DNA of 64,000 nucleotides from Escherichia coli (GTDB lineage Bacteria; Pseudomonadota; Gammaproteobacteria; Enterobacterales; Enterobacteriaceae): NCBI RefSeq assembly GCF_002854065.1, contig NZ_CP024147.1; one strand, 5' to 3'. Shown piece by piece: positions 1 to 10,668 of this stretch (position 1 is its first letter; each line of letters starts with the position of its first letter). The notes under the pieces were generated by a model. It saw only the letters and a program-made list of their open reading frames with translations, ran no database searches and was not told where the DNA came from. The position numbers and the translations under genes were made by a program.

Positions 1-110
1 GATCCGCCCCCTGCACCGCCCGTCATCAGCGCTGGTGCAGGCGTTTAGTGAGCATTTACAAGCAGGATTACCGAAACTGGTCACTTCTCTTGACGCTATT
101 TTGTCGTCAG

Positions 111-803
111 CTACGACAGCATAAAAGCGACAGCATCCTCGGCATGGATCGCCGCAGTATCAAACACAGGCAAAACACTGCGCTTTTCTGGCACCAGTAA
201 ACCAATTTCTGTGCAGCCCAAAATGACGCCCTGTGCGCCCTGTTCTGCAAGGCGAGCAATCACTTGCGCATAATAAGCGCGTGACGCTTCGGTAAATTGC
301 CCCAGACACAGTTCTTCAAAAATAATCTGATTAATCTTCGCCCGTTCATCCGCTTCAGGAATAAGACAATTGATGGAAAATTGTTCCGTCAGCCGCCCGC
401 GATAAAAATCCTGTTCCATGGTGTAACGCGTACCCAGCAGCGCCACACGAGTCATTCCGGCCCCGGTAATTGCACGTCCGGTGGCATCCGCAATGTGTAA
501 GAAAGGCAGAGAGCAACGAGACTCTATAGCATCCGCCACTTTGTGCATCGTATTGGTACATAACACAATGCCTTCTGCGCCCGCCCGCTGTAAGCCAAGC
601 GCCGCCTCAGCCAGAATATCCCCGGTTTTGTCCCACTCACCGCGACGCTGGCACTCTTCTATTTCATGAAAATCGACGCTATGTAGCAGCACTTGCGCAG
701 AGTGAAGCCCACCAAGCCGCTGTTTAATGCCTTCATTTATCAAACGATAGTAAGGAATAGTGGATTCCCAGCTCATTCCTCCCAGCAAACCAATTGTTTT
801 CAT
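111..803 (-). CDS. ygeA: Asp/Glu racemase-family protein (YgeA-like)
   Basis: 230-aa ORF starting [15 protein letters not shown] with a GAGAGG Shine-Dalgarno just upstream; the 355-aa track ORF is an unsupported upstream extension. Recognised from memory of the K-12 protein. Confidence 0.85.
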   Translation of the reverse strand: MKTIGLLGGMSWESTIPYYRLINEGIKQRLGGLHSAQVLLHSVDFHEIEECQRRGEWDKTGDILAEAALGLQRAGAEGIVLCTNTMHKVADAIESRCSLPFLHIADATGRAITGAGMTRVALLGTRYTMEQDFYRGRLTEQFSINCLIPEADERAKINQIIFEELCLGQFTEASRAYYAQVIARLAEQGAQGVILGCTEIGLLVPEKRSVLPVFDTAAIHAEDAVAFMLS

Positions 804-892
804 TCCTCTCTCCTGATGTGTGTTACCGCAACAAGGCTGAATAAGGAACGAGACAAACGCCTCAACGGCCAGGTGCCCAATCTCTATTAACG

Positions 893-925
893 AAAAAAGG
901 GCCGGATGTACAGCACATCCGGCCC
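893..925 (-). terminator. Intrinsic terminator downstream of araE
   Basis: 11-bp perfect stem GGGCCGGATGT/ACATCCGGCCC (899-925) followed on the minus strand by a 6-nt U-run (plus A-run 893-898), 7 bp after the araE stop. Confidence 0.65.
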
Positions 926-931
926 GTGAAA

Positions 932-2350
932 TCAGACGCCGATATTTCTCAACTTCTCGCCTGCCATCAGTTTGCGTTCGATATGTTCCAGGGTGACATT
1001 TTTGGTTTCCGGAATGAGCCAGAAAGTGATGCACACAAACGCAATGTTCAGCGCAGTGTAGAGCCAGAACGTACCGGCAGCGCCAATGCTGTCGAGCAGC
1101 GTCAGGAAGGTCGCGCCGATAATCATATTCGACACCCAGTTCGTGGTGGTCGAACAGGTAATACCGAAATCGCGGCATTTCAGCGGCTGAATTTCAGAGC
1201 ACAGGATCCACACCACTGGCGCGGCGCTCATCGCATAACCGGCAATACACATCATCGTCATGCCAACAGAGAGCCAGGACAAGCCACTGGAAGCCGTACC
1301 GTTATCAAACTGCATCAGGCAATAGCCCAGCACCAGAGTGCCTAACGCCATCACGCTGAAACCAATTTTCAGAGCCGGTTTACGACCTGCTTTATCTACC
1401 GTAAAGACCGCAATGAAGGTCGCGAACATAAAGGTCAGTCCCACGACCAGAGTCGCAATCATCTGTTGTTCTGTGGTCGTAAAGCCCGCCATTTTGAAGA
1501 TACGCGGCGCGTAGTACATGATGATGTTCATACCGGTAAACTGCTGCATCGCCTGCAACAACATACCGAGAAACACAGCACGACGGACGTTACGGTTGAT
1601 CTTAAACAGTGCCCAACCGCCCTGTTTTAACTTCAGGCTTTCACGAATTTCGTTGAGTTCTTCTCGCGCTTTTTCCGACGTATCGCGCAGCATACGCAAC
1701 ACTTCTTCCGCCTCAATATGACGCCCCTTTTCCGCTAGCCAGCGCGGGCTATTTGGCAGGAAGACCACCAGAATAATCAGCAGGACTGCTGGTAAAGCAA
1801 GAACCCCCAACATTGCGCGCCAGTTACCGCTATAACTGAACGCTGTATCGGATAAAAACGCCAGCACGATGCCGAGTGTGACCATCAACTGGTACATACT
1901 GATCATCTTACCGCGAACGTTTTCACTTGCCATTTCAGAAAGATACAGAGGAGCGGTGTAAGACGCGATCCCGACAGCAATGCCCAGCACCACACGAGCG
2001 GCGATTAACATCTCTACGCTGGTCGCAAAAGCGGACCCTATAGAACCGAGTACAAACAGGATGGCCCCCGCCATCAGGCTGTATTTACGCCCCAGGCGGA
2101 ACGACAGCCAACCATTAAACAGCGCACCAATTGCTGCACCGAGCATCATGCTACTAACCACCCATTCCTGCAAACGACTGGTCAGCACAAAGTGATCGGT
2201 AATGAACGGCAACGCTCCGGCGATTACGCCGATATCAAGACCAAATAACAATCCTGCGACCGCAGCAGCTACCGAAACAAACATATTCATACGCCGCGTA
2301 TCCCGCAAAGAACGTGGCGTTAAAGCAGATTCCGTATTGATAGTAACCAT
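932..2350 (-). CDS. araE: Arabinose:H+ symporter (MFS sugar porter)
   Basis: 472-aa product starting [14 protein letters not shown], a 12-helix MFS pattern; the track ORF runs 18 codons further upstream to a GTG. Confidence 0.95.
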   Translation of the reverse strand: MVTINTESALTPRSLRDTRRMNMFVSVAAAVAGLLFGLDIGVIAGALPFITDHFVLTSRLQEWVVSSMMLGAAIGALFNGWLSFRLGRKYSLMAGAILFVLGSIGSAFATSVEMLIAARVVLGIAVGIASYTAPLYLSEMASENVRGKMISMYQLMVTLGIVLAFLSDTAFSYSGNWRAMLGVLALPAVLLIILVVFLPNSPRWLAEKGRHIEAEEVLRMLRDTSEKAREELNEIRESLKLKQGGWALFKINRNVRRAVFLGMLLQAMQQFTGMNIIMYYAPRIFKMAGFTTTEQQMIATLVVGLTFMFATFIAVFTVDKAGRKPALKIGFSVMALGTLVLGYCLMQFDNGTASSGLSWLSVGMTMMCIAGYAMSAAPVVWILCSEIQPLKCRDFGITCSTTTNWVSNMIIGATFLTLLDSIGAAGTFWLYTALNIAFVCITFWLIPETKNVTLEHIERKLMAGEKLRNIGV

Positions 2351-2432
2351 TTTTTCCTGCCAGCAGAGAGTAAGACATAGTGAAAAAATACGTGAACAAC
2401 TCACACAGGTGTCAGGTCGGAAACAGCATAAA

Positions 2433-2599
2433 TATGGATTAAATTGCTACGACATGTCGTTATGTGATGGATATTCCAATTTTCAAATTAAGTTGAATTA
2501 TTGAGATTATTATTAACCACCTAATTTTACAGCAGATAAAATTCATAAAGTTCATTAATTGATAATTGATATGGATTATTTCATAACCATGATATGGAT
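2433..2599 (-). promoter_or_regulatory. araE upstream region with AraC half-site-like repeats
   Basis: TATGGATTAAATTGCTA at 2433-2449 resembles the AraC half-site (TATGGATAAAAATGCTA); two further TATGGAT direct repeats at 2570 and 2593. Exact operator boundaries not determined. Confidence 0.35.
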
Positions 2600-2618
2600 T
2601 ATGATGATCTACAGATAT

Positions 2619-2642
2619 AAAAAACCCTGCCATGCGGCAGGG
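2619..2642 (-). terminator. Intrinsic terminator downstream of kduD
   Basis: Stem CCCTGCC/GGCAGGG with a 4-nt loop, followed on the minus strand by a 6-nt U-run. Confidence 0.6.
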
Positions 2643-2664
2643 TCATAAAAGTAAGAAGAATGAA

Positions 2665-3426
2665 TTAACGCGCCAGCCAACCGCCATCCACGGCAATGGT
2701 ATAACCATTCACATAATCTGAAGCGCTGGAGGCAAGGAACACTACCGGCCCCATCAGGTCACTCGGCAGTCCCCAACGGCCAGCTGGAATGCGGTCGAGG
2801 ATTTCCGCGCTACGTTGTTCATCTGCCCGTAGTTGTTGAGTATTGTTGGTCGCCATGTAACCCGGGGCTATCGCATTAACATTAATGTTGTGTTTAGCCC
2901 ATTCGTTCGCCATCAATCGCGTCACGCCCATAACACCGCTTTTTGATGCGGTATAAGAAGGCACACGGATCCCGCCCTGGAAGGAGAGCATTGACGCGAT
3001 ATTGATAATCTTGCCGCCATTGCCTTGCGCGATAAAGTGTTTCGCCGCTGCCTGAGACATGAAGAATACGCTCTTGATATTCAGGTTCATGACATCGTCC
3101 CAGTCTTTTTCGCTGAACTCGAGAGCATCTTCGCGGCGAATCAATCCGGCGTTATTCACCAGGATATCAATATGACCAAACTCAGCTACCGCGCGATCCA
3201 GCAGTGCTGGAATACCATCAATCTTTCGCAGATCGGCGGTCAGGCTTAAAAAACGACGCCCCAGCGCCGTGACCTGCTTGATGGTTTCAGTCGGTTCAAC
3301 GATGTTAATGCCAACAATGTCACAGCCCGCTTGCGCCAGCCCCAACGCCATCCCCTGGCCCAGTCCAGTATCACAACCAGTGACGACCGCAACTTTACCT
3401 TCGAGAGAAAATGCACTTAAAATCAT
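2665..3426 (-). CDS. kduD: 2-dehydro-3-deoxy-D-gluconate 5-dehydrogenase (SDR family)
   Basis: 253-aa ORF with the N-terminal SDR cofactor motif (VTGCDTGLG) and YxxxK active-site pattern. Confidence 0.95.
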   Translation of the reverse strand: MILSAFSLEGKVAVVTGCDTGLGQGMALGLAQAGCDIVGINIVEPTETIKQVTALGRRFLSLTADLRKIDGIPALLDRAVAEFGHIDILVNNAGLIRREDALEFSEKDWDDVMNLNIKSVFFMSQAAAKHFIAQGNGGKIINIASMLSFQGGIRVPSYTASKSGVMGVTRLMANEWAKHNINVNAIAPGYMATNNTQQLRADEQRSAEILDRIPAGRWGLPSDLMGPVVFLASSASDYVNGYTIAVDGGWLAR

Positions 3427-3455
3427 AACAATACCTTATTCGTTTATGCCCACAA

Positions 3456-4292
3456 CTAGCGCAAATCTTTAACGGCCACATGGTCCATATCATCAAAGAC
3501 CTGGTTTTCACCGACCATGCCCCAGATAAAGGTATAAGCTTTGGTTCCGACGCCGGAATGGATCGACCAGCTCGGGGAGATCACCGCCTGCTCGTTATGC
3601 ATCACAATGTGACGCGTTTCTTGCGGCTGCCCCATCATGTGGAAAACGCAGGCGTCATCATCCATATTGAAATAGAAATAAACTTCCATCCGGCGCTCGT
3701 GAGTGTGACACGGCATGGTGTTCCACAAGTTACCTGGAGCCAGCTCCGTCAGCCCCATACTCAATTGGCAGGTTTCCAGCACATCCGGGACAAAATATTT
3801 GTTAATCGTGCGACGGTTACTGGTGAGGTTATCGCCTAACGTGACTGGAGATACTTCGTCCGGTGTGACTTTTTTGGTGGGATACGTCGTATGCGCGGGT
3901 GCGCAATTGTAATAAAACTTTGCCGGAGTGGCGGTATCAATACTGGCAAAGACAACTTCTTTTGCACCTTTACCCACATACAGGGCGTCGCGGTGACCGA
4001 TTTCATAGCATTGACCATCGACAGTAATCGTACCGGCACCGCCAATATTGATAACACCTAACTCGCGACGTTCAAGGAAATAGCTTACGCCGAGTTGTTT
4101 ACCAACTTCCCCGCCAACGGAAACCGTTTTAGTTACCGGCATAATGCCGCCAACAATAATACGGTCAATGTGGCTGTAAACCATGGTGTACTCATCGGCG
4201 ACAAATACCTTTTCAACCAAAAATTCATTGCGCAGCCCCTGGGTATCCAGTGTTTTTGCGTGCGCACTGTGGATGCTCTGTCTTACGTCCAC
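3456..4292 (-). CDS. kduI: 5-dehydro-4-deoxy-D-glucuronate isomerase
   Basis: 278-aa ORF starting [24 protein letters not shown]; GTG start as delimited by the track. Confidence 0.95.
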
Positions 4293-4334
4293 ATCAACCT
4301 CCGATAATCAGTGAAGCGTGAAAATAGAAAACGA

Positions 4335-4424
4335 TAGTGAAACACTGTTTCGTTTTCTCTATAAGGGGATGATATGCCCATGGGATAGGGTTTTCAATTA
4401 AAAATAAAACAATGTTTCATTTTT
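4335..4424. promoter_or_regulatory. Two KdgR-box-like palindromes in the kduI promoter region
   Basis: TGAAACACTGTTTCG at about 4338-4352 and AAATAAAACAATGTTTCATTT at 4402-4422; both resemble the KdgR operator consensus (AAATGAAACA-N-TGTTTCATTT). Confidence 0.5.
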
Positions 4425-4578
4425 AAGTTAAGGATTAAAAAAAGTGCAGTGTCGATCACGAATATGTCATGAGAATAGAAAAATCAGGGAGTCCTGAAAA
4501 GGTATGTCGACTCACCAGCCATCATTATTCAACAGATTAATGACGGCAGATATTTATCGGTAAGGAGGAAATGCAGAG

Positions 4579-5763
4579 CTACTCGTCACGTTCAATGGTC
4601 AATGCTACGCCCTGGCCCCCGCCGATACAAAGCGTTGCCAGTCCTTTGCGGGCATTACGTTTCACCATTTCATGAACCAGAGAAACCAGGATTCGGCAAC
4701 CGGAAGCGCCTATCGGGTGACCGAGTGCGATCGCGCCACCATTGACATTGACCCGACGCTCATCCCATTCAAGCATCTTGCCAACCGAAAGCGCCTGTGC
4801 AGCAAACGCTTCATTAGCCTCGATAAGATCGACATCAGCCAACTGCCAGCCCACACGCTCCAGGCAACGGCGGGTCGCATACACCGGCGCAATTCCCATC
4901 AATGCTGGATCTACACCAACGCTGGCAAATGCGCGGATGCGGGCCAGCACGGGTAAATTCAACGCTCGTGCTTTGGCTTCGCTCATCATCATTACCGCAG
5001 CTGCGCCATCGTTTATGGATGATGCATTACCCGCTGTCACAGAACCGAGACTATCAAATGAAGGATTTAAACGGGCTAAGCCTTCTGCACTGGCGTCAGT
5101 GCGTGGCTGTTCATCGGTATCAATAACCAACGTCTGACCATTACTTTGGGTCATTACCGGGACGATCTCATCTTTAAATCGTCCGGCGTCAATCGCCGCT
5201 CGCGCTTTTTGTTGCGAGCTAAGTGCGTAAGCATCCTGCAACTGACGGCTGATGCCATATTCGCGAGCCAGATTTTCGGCGGTGACACCAATATGATAAT
5301 CATTGAAGGCATCCCACAACCCATCATGCACCAGACTGTCAACCAACTGGCTATTGCCAAGCTGTGCACCGGTGCGGCTATCAGTCAGAACATGTGGTGC
5401 GCGGCTCATGTTTTCCTGGCCACCGGCGATGACAATATCAGCCTCGCCACACTGTATCGCCTGAGTAGCCAGATGCAGTGCCTTAAGCCCGGAACCGCAA
5501 ACGTCATTAATCGTGATTGCAGAAACGCTATTAGGAAGACCACCTTTAATAGCCGATTGCCTTGCCGGATTCTGCCCTGCCCCTGCAGTCAACACCTGAC
5601 CAAGAATTACTTCATCCACCGCATATGCAGGAACGCCGGTACGTTCTATTAACGCTTTCACGACCAGACTACCAAGTTCCACGGCGGAATGACCCGCTAA
5701 CGCACCACGAAAGCAGCCGATAGGTGTCCGTAACGCCCCGACAATCACAACGTCTTTCATCAC
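4579..5763 (-). CDS. yqeF: Acetyl-CoA C-acetyltransferase (thiolase II family)
   Basis: 394-aa ORF with the thiolase active-site cysteine region (NDVCGSGLKA) and C-terminal CIGGGQG motif. Confidence 0.9.
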   Translation of the reverse strand: MMKDVVIVGALRTPIGCFRGALAGHSAVELGSLVVKALIERTGVPAYAVDEVILGQVLTAGAGQNPARQSAIKGGLPNSVSAITINDVCGSGLKALHLATQAIQCGEADIVIAGGQENMSRAPHVLTDSRTGAQLGNSQLVDSLVHDGLWDAFNDYHIGVTAENLAREYGISRQLQDAYALSSQQKARAAIDAGRFKDEIVPVMTQSNGQTLVIDTDEQPRTDASAEGLARLNPSFDSLGSVTAGNASSINDGAAAVMMMSEAKARALNLPVLARIRAFASVGVDPALMGIAPVYATRRCLERVGWQLADVDLIEANEAFAAQALSVGKMLEWDERRVNVNGGAIALGHPIGASGCRILVSLVHEMVKRNARKGLATLCIGGGQGVALTIERDE

Positions 5764-6014
5764 AACCTCGCACCAATTAACAGTGCAATAGTAAATGATT
5801 GTTAATTACAGTTATCTTAATTGTTTAAAAAAAGTGATTTTTATCACAAAGGAAATATGCCTGAGCAGCAGTCAGAGACATAACTGGCACGTAATGTTTG
5901 CAACCACTAACCCACCAATAGAGGGGTAGATAGGGCGTTAATCTCCCATACTTAACCTGGTTTATGGTAAATTGCCCTCTATTTTGTTTAATTTGTAGAT
6001 GATACGTTCAGATA

Positions 6015-7244
6015 ATGTCTAATATTTGGTCAAAAGAAGAAACTCTGTGGAGTTTCGCGCTCTACGGCACAGCCGTTGGTGCAGGCACGCTCTTCCTTCC
6101 TATTCAGTTAGGTTCGGCAGGGGCAGTGGTCCTGTTTATTACTGCTCTGGTCGCCTGGCCTTTAACATATTGGCCACATAAAGCCTTATGCCAGTTCATC
6201 CTCTCATCGAAAACATCAGCAGGTGAAGGGATAACGGGCGCAGTAACACACTACTATGGCAAGAAGATTGGTAATCTGATTACCACGCTGTACTTCATCG
6301 CCTTTTTTGTCGTCGTGTTGATATACGCAGTGGCAATTACCAACTCACTTACAGAACAGCTGGCAAAGCATATGGTGATTGATCTTCGCATCCGTATGTT
6401 GGTGAGTCTGGGTGTTGTATTAATCCTGAATCTCATTTTTCTGATGGGACGTCATGCCACTATTCGGGTAATGGGATTTTTGGTATTCCCATTGATTGCC
6501 TATTTCTTATTTCTTTCCATTTACCTTGTCGGTAGTTGGCAACCTGATCTATTAACAACCCAGGTAGAGTTCAATCAGAATACCCTTCACCAGATATGGA
6601 TATCGATTCCCGTGATGGTTTTCGCCTTTAGCCATACGCCCATTATTTCTACGTTTGCCATAGACAGACGTGAAAAATATGGCGAACACGCTATGGATAA
6701 ATGCAAAAAAATTATGAAAGTCGCTTATCTCATCATCTGCATAAGTGTACTGTTCTTTGTCTTTAGCTGCCTGCTTTCTATTCCACCTTCGTATATTGAA
6801 GCGGCTAAAGAAGAAGGGGTCACCATTTTATCGGCGCTTTCTATGCTGCCGAACGCCCCAGCATGGTTGTCAATTTCCGGGATTATTGTCGCAGTAGTTG
6901 CCATGTCGAAATCATTCCTGGGTACGTACTTTGGCGTTATTGAAGGTGCCACAGAGGTCGTCAAAACAACACTACAGCAGGTTGGTATAAAGAAAAGTCG
7001 TGCATTTAACCGCGCACTATCAATTATGTTGGTATCGCTGATTACCTTCATTGTTTGTTGCATTAACCCGAACGCGATTTCGATGATTTATGCGATCAGC
7101 GGCCCGCTCATTGCCATGATACTTTTCATCATGCCTACGCTATCAACATATCTCATCCCGGCGCTTAAACCCTGGCGTTCCATCGGAAATCTGATTACGC
7201 TGATCGTGGGTATCCTGTGCGTATCGGTAATGTTCTTTAGCTAA
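6015..7244 (+). CDS. yqeG: HAAAP-family amino-acid transporter, inner membrane
   Basis: 409-aa polytopic membrane ORF starting MSNIWSKEETLWSF. Confidence 0.9.
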   Translation: MSNIWSKEETLWSFALYGTAVGAGTLFLPIQLGSAGAVVLFITALVAWPLTYWPHKALCQFILSSKTSAGEGITGAVTHYYGKKIGNLITTLYFIAFFVVVLIYAVAITNSLTEQLAKHMVIDLRIRMLVSLGVVLILNLIFLMGRHATIRVMGFLVFPLIAYFLFLSIYLVGSWQPDLLTTQVEFNQNTLHQIWISIPVMVFAFSHTPIISTFAIDRREKYGEHAMDKCKKIMKVAYLIICISVLFFVFSCLLSIPPSYIEAAKEEGVTILSALSMLPNAPAWLSISGIIVAVVAMSKSFLGTYFGVIEGATEVVKTTLQQVGIKKSRAFNRALSIMLVSLITFIVCCINPNAISMIYAISGPLIAMILFIMPTLSTYLIPALKPWRSIGNLITLIVGILCVSVMFFS

Positions 7245-7254
7245 TATCCATTGT

Positions 7255-7296
7255 GAATGGTTCAAAATTGCTACAATTTTGAACCATTCCATTTTT
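7255..7296 (+). terminator. Intrinsic terminator downstream of yqeG
   Basis: Perfect 16-bp stem GAATGGTTCAAAATTG/CAATTTTGAACCATTC with a 3-nt loop, followed by CATTTTTC. Confidence 0.7.
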
Positions 7297-7435
7297 CATA
7301 ATGTTCATTTGTTATTATTCCGCCCTATCACTTCTCTCGTCATATCCTAGAATTATCAGTTAGTTAAACACACAAAGAGATCTGAACATCTTAAATAAGA
7401 CTATTTAAGATGCATAACTTGGTAATGACTCCAAC

Positions 7436-7939
7436 TTATTGATAGTGTTTTATGTTCAGATAATGCCCGATGACTTTGTCATGCAGCTCCACCGATTTTG
7501 AGAACGACAGCGACTTCCGTCCCAGCCGTGCCAGGTGCTGCCTCAGATTCAGGTTATGCCGCTCAATTCGCTGCGTATATCGCTTGCTGATTACGTGCAG
7601 CTTTCCCTTCAGGCGGGATTCATACAGCGGCCAGCCATCCGTCATCCATATCACCACGTCAAAGGGTGACAGCAGGCTCATAAGACGCCCCAGCGTCGCC
7701 ATAGTGCGTTCACCGAATACGTGCGCAACAACCGTCTTCCGGAGCCTGTCATACGCGTAAAACAGCCAGCGCTGGCGCGATTTAGCCCCGACGTATCCCC
7801 ACTGTTCGTCCATTTCCGCGCAGACGATGACGTCACTGCCCGGCTGTATGCGCGAGGTTACCGACTGCGGCCTGAGTTTTTTAAATGGCGGAAAATCGTG
7901 TTGAGGCCAACGCCCATAATGCGGGCGGTTGCCCGGCAT
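7436..7939 (-). CDS. insB: IS1 transposase InsB
   Basis: 167-aa [16 protein letters not shown]..., made as an InsAB fusion by -1 frameshift at the A6C run. Confidence 0.95.
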   Translation of the reverse strand: MPGNRPHYGRWPQHDFPPFKKLRPQSVTSRIQPGSDVIVCAEMDEQWGYVGAKSRQRWLFYAYDRLRKTVVAHVFGERTMATLGRLMSLLSPFDVVIWMTDGWPLYESRLKGKLHVISKRYTQRIERHNLNLRQHLARLGRKSLSFSKSVELHDKVIGHYLNIKHYQ

Positions 7940-8133
7940 CCAACGCCATTCATGGCCATATCAATGATTTTCTGGTGCGTACCGGGTTGAGAAGCGGTGT
8001 AAGTGAACTGCAGTTGCCATGTTTTACGGCAGTGAGAGCAGAGATAGCGCTGATGTCCGGCAGTGCTTTTGCCGTTACGCACCACCCCGTCAGTAGCTGA
8101 ACAGGAGGGACAGCTGATAGAAACAGAAGCCAC
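7858..8133 (-). CDS. insA: IS1 protein InsA
   Basis: 91-aa ORF with N-terminal Cys-rich zinc-finger-like motif ([28 protein letters not shown]). Confidence 0.95.
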   Translation of the reverse strand: MASVSISCPSCSATDGVVRNGKSTAGHQRYLCSHCRKTWQLQFTYTASQPGTHQKIIDMAMNGVGCRATARIMGVGLNTIFRHLKNSGRSR

Positions 8134-8226
8134 TGGAGCACCTCAAAAACACCATCATACACTAAATCAGTAAGTTGGCAGCATCACCGCATAACTTAGA
8201 TTCGCAAGATAGGTAATGACTCCAAC

Positions 8227-8730
8227 TTATTGATAGTGTTTTATGTTCAGATAATGCCCGATGACTTTGTCATGCAGCTCCACCGATTTTGAGAACGACA
8301 GCGACTTCCGTCCCAGCCGTGCCAGGTGCTGCCTCAGATTCAGGTTATGCCGCTCAATTCGCTGCGTATATCGCTTGCTGATTACGTGCAGCTTTCCCTT
8401 CAGGCGGGATTCATACAGCGGCCAGCCATCCGTCATCCATATCACCACGTCAAAGGGTGACAGCAGGCTCATAAGACGCCCCAGCGTCGCCATAGTGCGT
8501 TCACCGAATACGTGCGCAACAACCGTCTTCCGGAGCCTGTCATACGCGTAAAACAGCCAGCGCTGGCGCGATTTAGCCCCGACGTATCCCCACTGTTCGT
8601 CCATTTCCGCGCAGACGATGACGTCACTGCCCGGCTGTATGCGCGAGGTTACCGACTGCGGCCTGAGTTTTTTAAATGGCGGAAAATCGTGTTGAGGCCA
8701 ACGCCCATAATGCGGGCGGTTGCCCGGCAT
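8227..8730 (-). CDS. insB: IS1 transposase InsB
   Basis: Protein identical to the copy-1 InsB. Confidence 0.95.
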   Translation of the reverse strand: MPGNRPHYGRWPQHDFPPFKKLRPQSVTSRIQPGSDVIVCAEMDEQWGYVGAKSRQRWLFYAYDRLRKTVVAHVFGERTMATLGRLMSLLSPFDVVIWMTDGWPLYESRLKGKLHVISKRYTQRIERHNLNLRQHLARLGRKSLSFSKSVELHDKVIGHYLNIKHYQ

Positions 8731-8924
8731 CCAACGCCATTCATGGCCATATCAATGATTTTCTGGTGCGTACCGGGTTGAGAAGCGGTGTAAGTGAACT
8801 GCAGTTGCCATGTTTTACGGCAGTGAGAGCAGAGATAGCGCTGATGTCCGGCAGTGCTTTTGCCGTTACGCACCACCCCGTCAGTAGCTGAACAGGAGGG
8901 ACAGCTGATAGAAACAGAAGCCAC
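8649..8924 (-). CDS. insA: IS1 protein InsA
   Basis: Protein identical to the copy-1 InsA. Confidence 0.95.
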   Translation of the reverse strand: MASVSISCPSCSATDGVVRNGKSTAGHQRYLCSHCRKTWQLQFTYTASQPGTHQKIIDMAMNGVGCRATARIMGVGLNTIFRHLKNSGRSR

Positions 8925-8979
8925 TGGAGCACCTCAAAAACACCATCATACACTAAATCAGTAAGTTGGCAGCATCACC

Positions 8980-9922
8980 CTATTATCCATAAAGATAATT
9001 CAATGTGTCGCTTTGGAATATCAAGCGTAGCTACTAACTTCTCGATAAAATCAACCTGAGATACTGTTCCTTTAACAAGTAAACTGTTGGTATCAGGATA
9101 TGCAATAATTTGTATATCGTCAGTCTCTGGCGCTCCTGCTGTCGATATTATTTTCTCTACTTGTAGGTCATCATCTTCTTCAGCACCAGGAAAAGGAGGC
9201 ATACGTGATACGTTTTTTAGTTGTTGACGACTTGAAATTTCAGAAAGTACGTTCACCCCTGTGCTTTGCTTAATGTTATTATTTAACAACGTCGATAGTA
9301 CTTTTGCCATGCCAGGAATAATTATCTTTTCGCCACGTAACTCATAAGTCCGGTCATTAACGAATGTGTTGACCAGATGAATTATTCCTACTTTATTTCG
9401 ACCGATCTCAATGCCATCGCTGTTTTGCTCCATTAATTTCGCAGCATTAACGACCAGGTCAACATAAACCGGTGGCCCCGATACATAGAAAGTACCATTG
9501 CCGCCCCCTTTAATTTCATAACGAGAGTTATACAGACCCGATTTTTTTAAGAAATTATTAAACTCATTCGTCGATACCTTTCTCAGATTAATCAATGCAT
9601 TACGCATCTCTGATGAGTCATAGATATAAATAGCTTTGCCATCATCATACCAAATAAGCCCAATCTGTGCCGACAGGCGTTCAATCAAGGCATAGGGTTC
9701 TGTTAAATCAAAATTCCCGCTGATCTGTTTCTTCATGGCAAGCTTACTAACTATTGTAGGCTTACCCGCATATGATGAAACCGTTTCAAAAAAACTACGT
9801 AGATTTTCTTTATTTGCTACGTATCCATTCGCTGCTGCGGCATATGCACCAGGAGTCAATAATCCATTAAAAATGCATAAGACTGAAATTAATATAATAG
9901 TAATGCGTAATTTTATTTTCAT
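8980..9922 (-). pseudogene. eivG: Truncated type III secretion secretin (InvG/EivG-like), N-terminal ~313 codons only
   Basis: Signal peptide plus N-domain resembling InvG (GLIWYDDGKAIYIYD, FYVSGPPVYVDLVVNAA, AYPDTNSLLVKGT); the frame runs into the IS1 end and stops at a TGA inside IS1 (8975-8977); the secretin C-domain is absent. Confidence 0.8.
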
Positions 9923-10668
9923 AACTTTTTACATAGTTCTCTCGGTATTTTTCCTAACCGGCTTTTTACTTCGGCTGAAAAGTGTGATGAGGACGAGTAA
10001 CCATATTTATGCGCAATAGTTGTCATATCACTGTTTCCTTCAATCATTTCCAACACGGCTCTGGCAACTCTCCAGCCACATAATTCCGTTTTAACTTTAC
10101 CACCCAATGCATAACTACATAAACGGCGAAAATGTGAATACGATACGCCGTAAAGATCACCAAGATCATAGAGTGAAGTCTGTATGAGCGATTGCGATAA
10201 TAAATAACGAACCAGTTTATAGCATTCTGTTTTTCTTAGATGCTGAAACAGGATTTCATTAATATTATCGCTGCTCAGATAAGTGGCTAAAAACCAGGCT
10301 TCACTTGCAACTTTACTGAATAGCACAACTTCTGATGCAAAGGGCAAGGCATCAGCAAACAATTCATGATGTTCCCTTTCCACACTCCCCGTTGATTCAT
10401 CTATAAAAGCTAATAATTTACTCAGGATATCAATGCGAAGTGGATGATAAATTACTTTCCCTGCAGTTACCTCAATTTGGCTTCGGTCAATGAGCAGTAA
10501 TATATCTTCCACTACCATTAATTTTTGATGGTTATTACCAATCGTAATAACAAGGGTTACATCCTTGTTTTCATTTCCCCGTAAGAACCACATTTCAGGG
10601 TCCAGTAGGGTTAACTTCTGTCCTTGAAGCAAAACATTCATTGGAAGTAACAGCCCTTCTTCAATCAT
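9919..10668 (-). CDS. eivF: AraC-family type III secretion regulator (InvF/EivF-like)
   Basis: 249-aa ORF with a C-terminal AraC-type helix-turn-helix; its stop overlaps the secretin start (ATGA), as in invF-invG; very AT-rich. Confidence 0.8.
   Translation of the reverse strand: MIEEGLLLPMNVLLQGQKLTLLDPEMWFLRGNENKDVTLVITIGNNHQKLMVVEDILLLIDRSQIEVTAGKVIYHPLRIDILSKLLAFIDESTGSVEREHHELFADALPFASEVVLFSKVASEAWFLATYLSSDNINEILFQHLRKTECYKLVRYLLSQSLIQTSLYDLGDLYGVSYSHFRRLCSYALGGKVKTELCGWRVARAVLEMIEGNSDMTTIAHKYGYSSSSHFSAEVKSRLGKIPRELCKKL

Larger units (their letters stand above)
7421..8188 (-). mobile_element. IS1 copy 1 (768 bp), with 9-bp target duplication GCATAACTT
   Basis: Ends GGTAATGACTCC ... GCAGCATCACC; insA/insB ORFs present; identical 9-bp direct repeats at 7412-7420 and 8189-8197. 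Confidence 0.97.
8212..8979 (-). mobile_element. IS1 copy 2 (768 bp), no target duplication
   Basis: Same ends and ORFs as copy 1; flanks CGCAAGATA (left) and CTATTATCC (right) differ; the right end abuts the interior of the secretin gene. Confidence 0.97.

Noticed and set aside
111-1178. 355-aa extended ygeA frame, and similar upstream extensions of xdhA, uacT, xanQ, guaD, ssnA, bglA, hyuA and insC
   Set aside because: The track takes the longest frame from any ATG/GTG/TTG; internal starts with proper Shine-Dalgarno sequences and the expected family N-termini are better supported (xdhA at 16540 is kept as ambiguous).
7470-8162. Antisense ORFs inside IS1 (repeated in all three copies)
   Set aside because: They overlap insA/insB on the opposite strand and recur only because IS1 is repeated; typical spurious frames.
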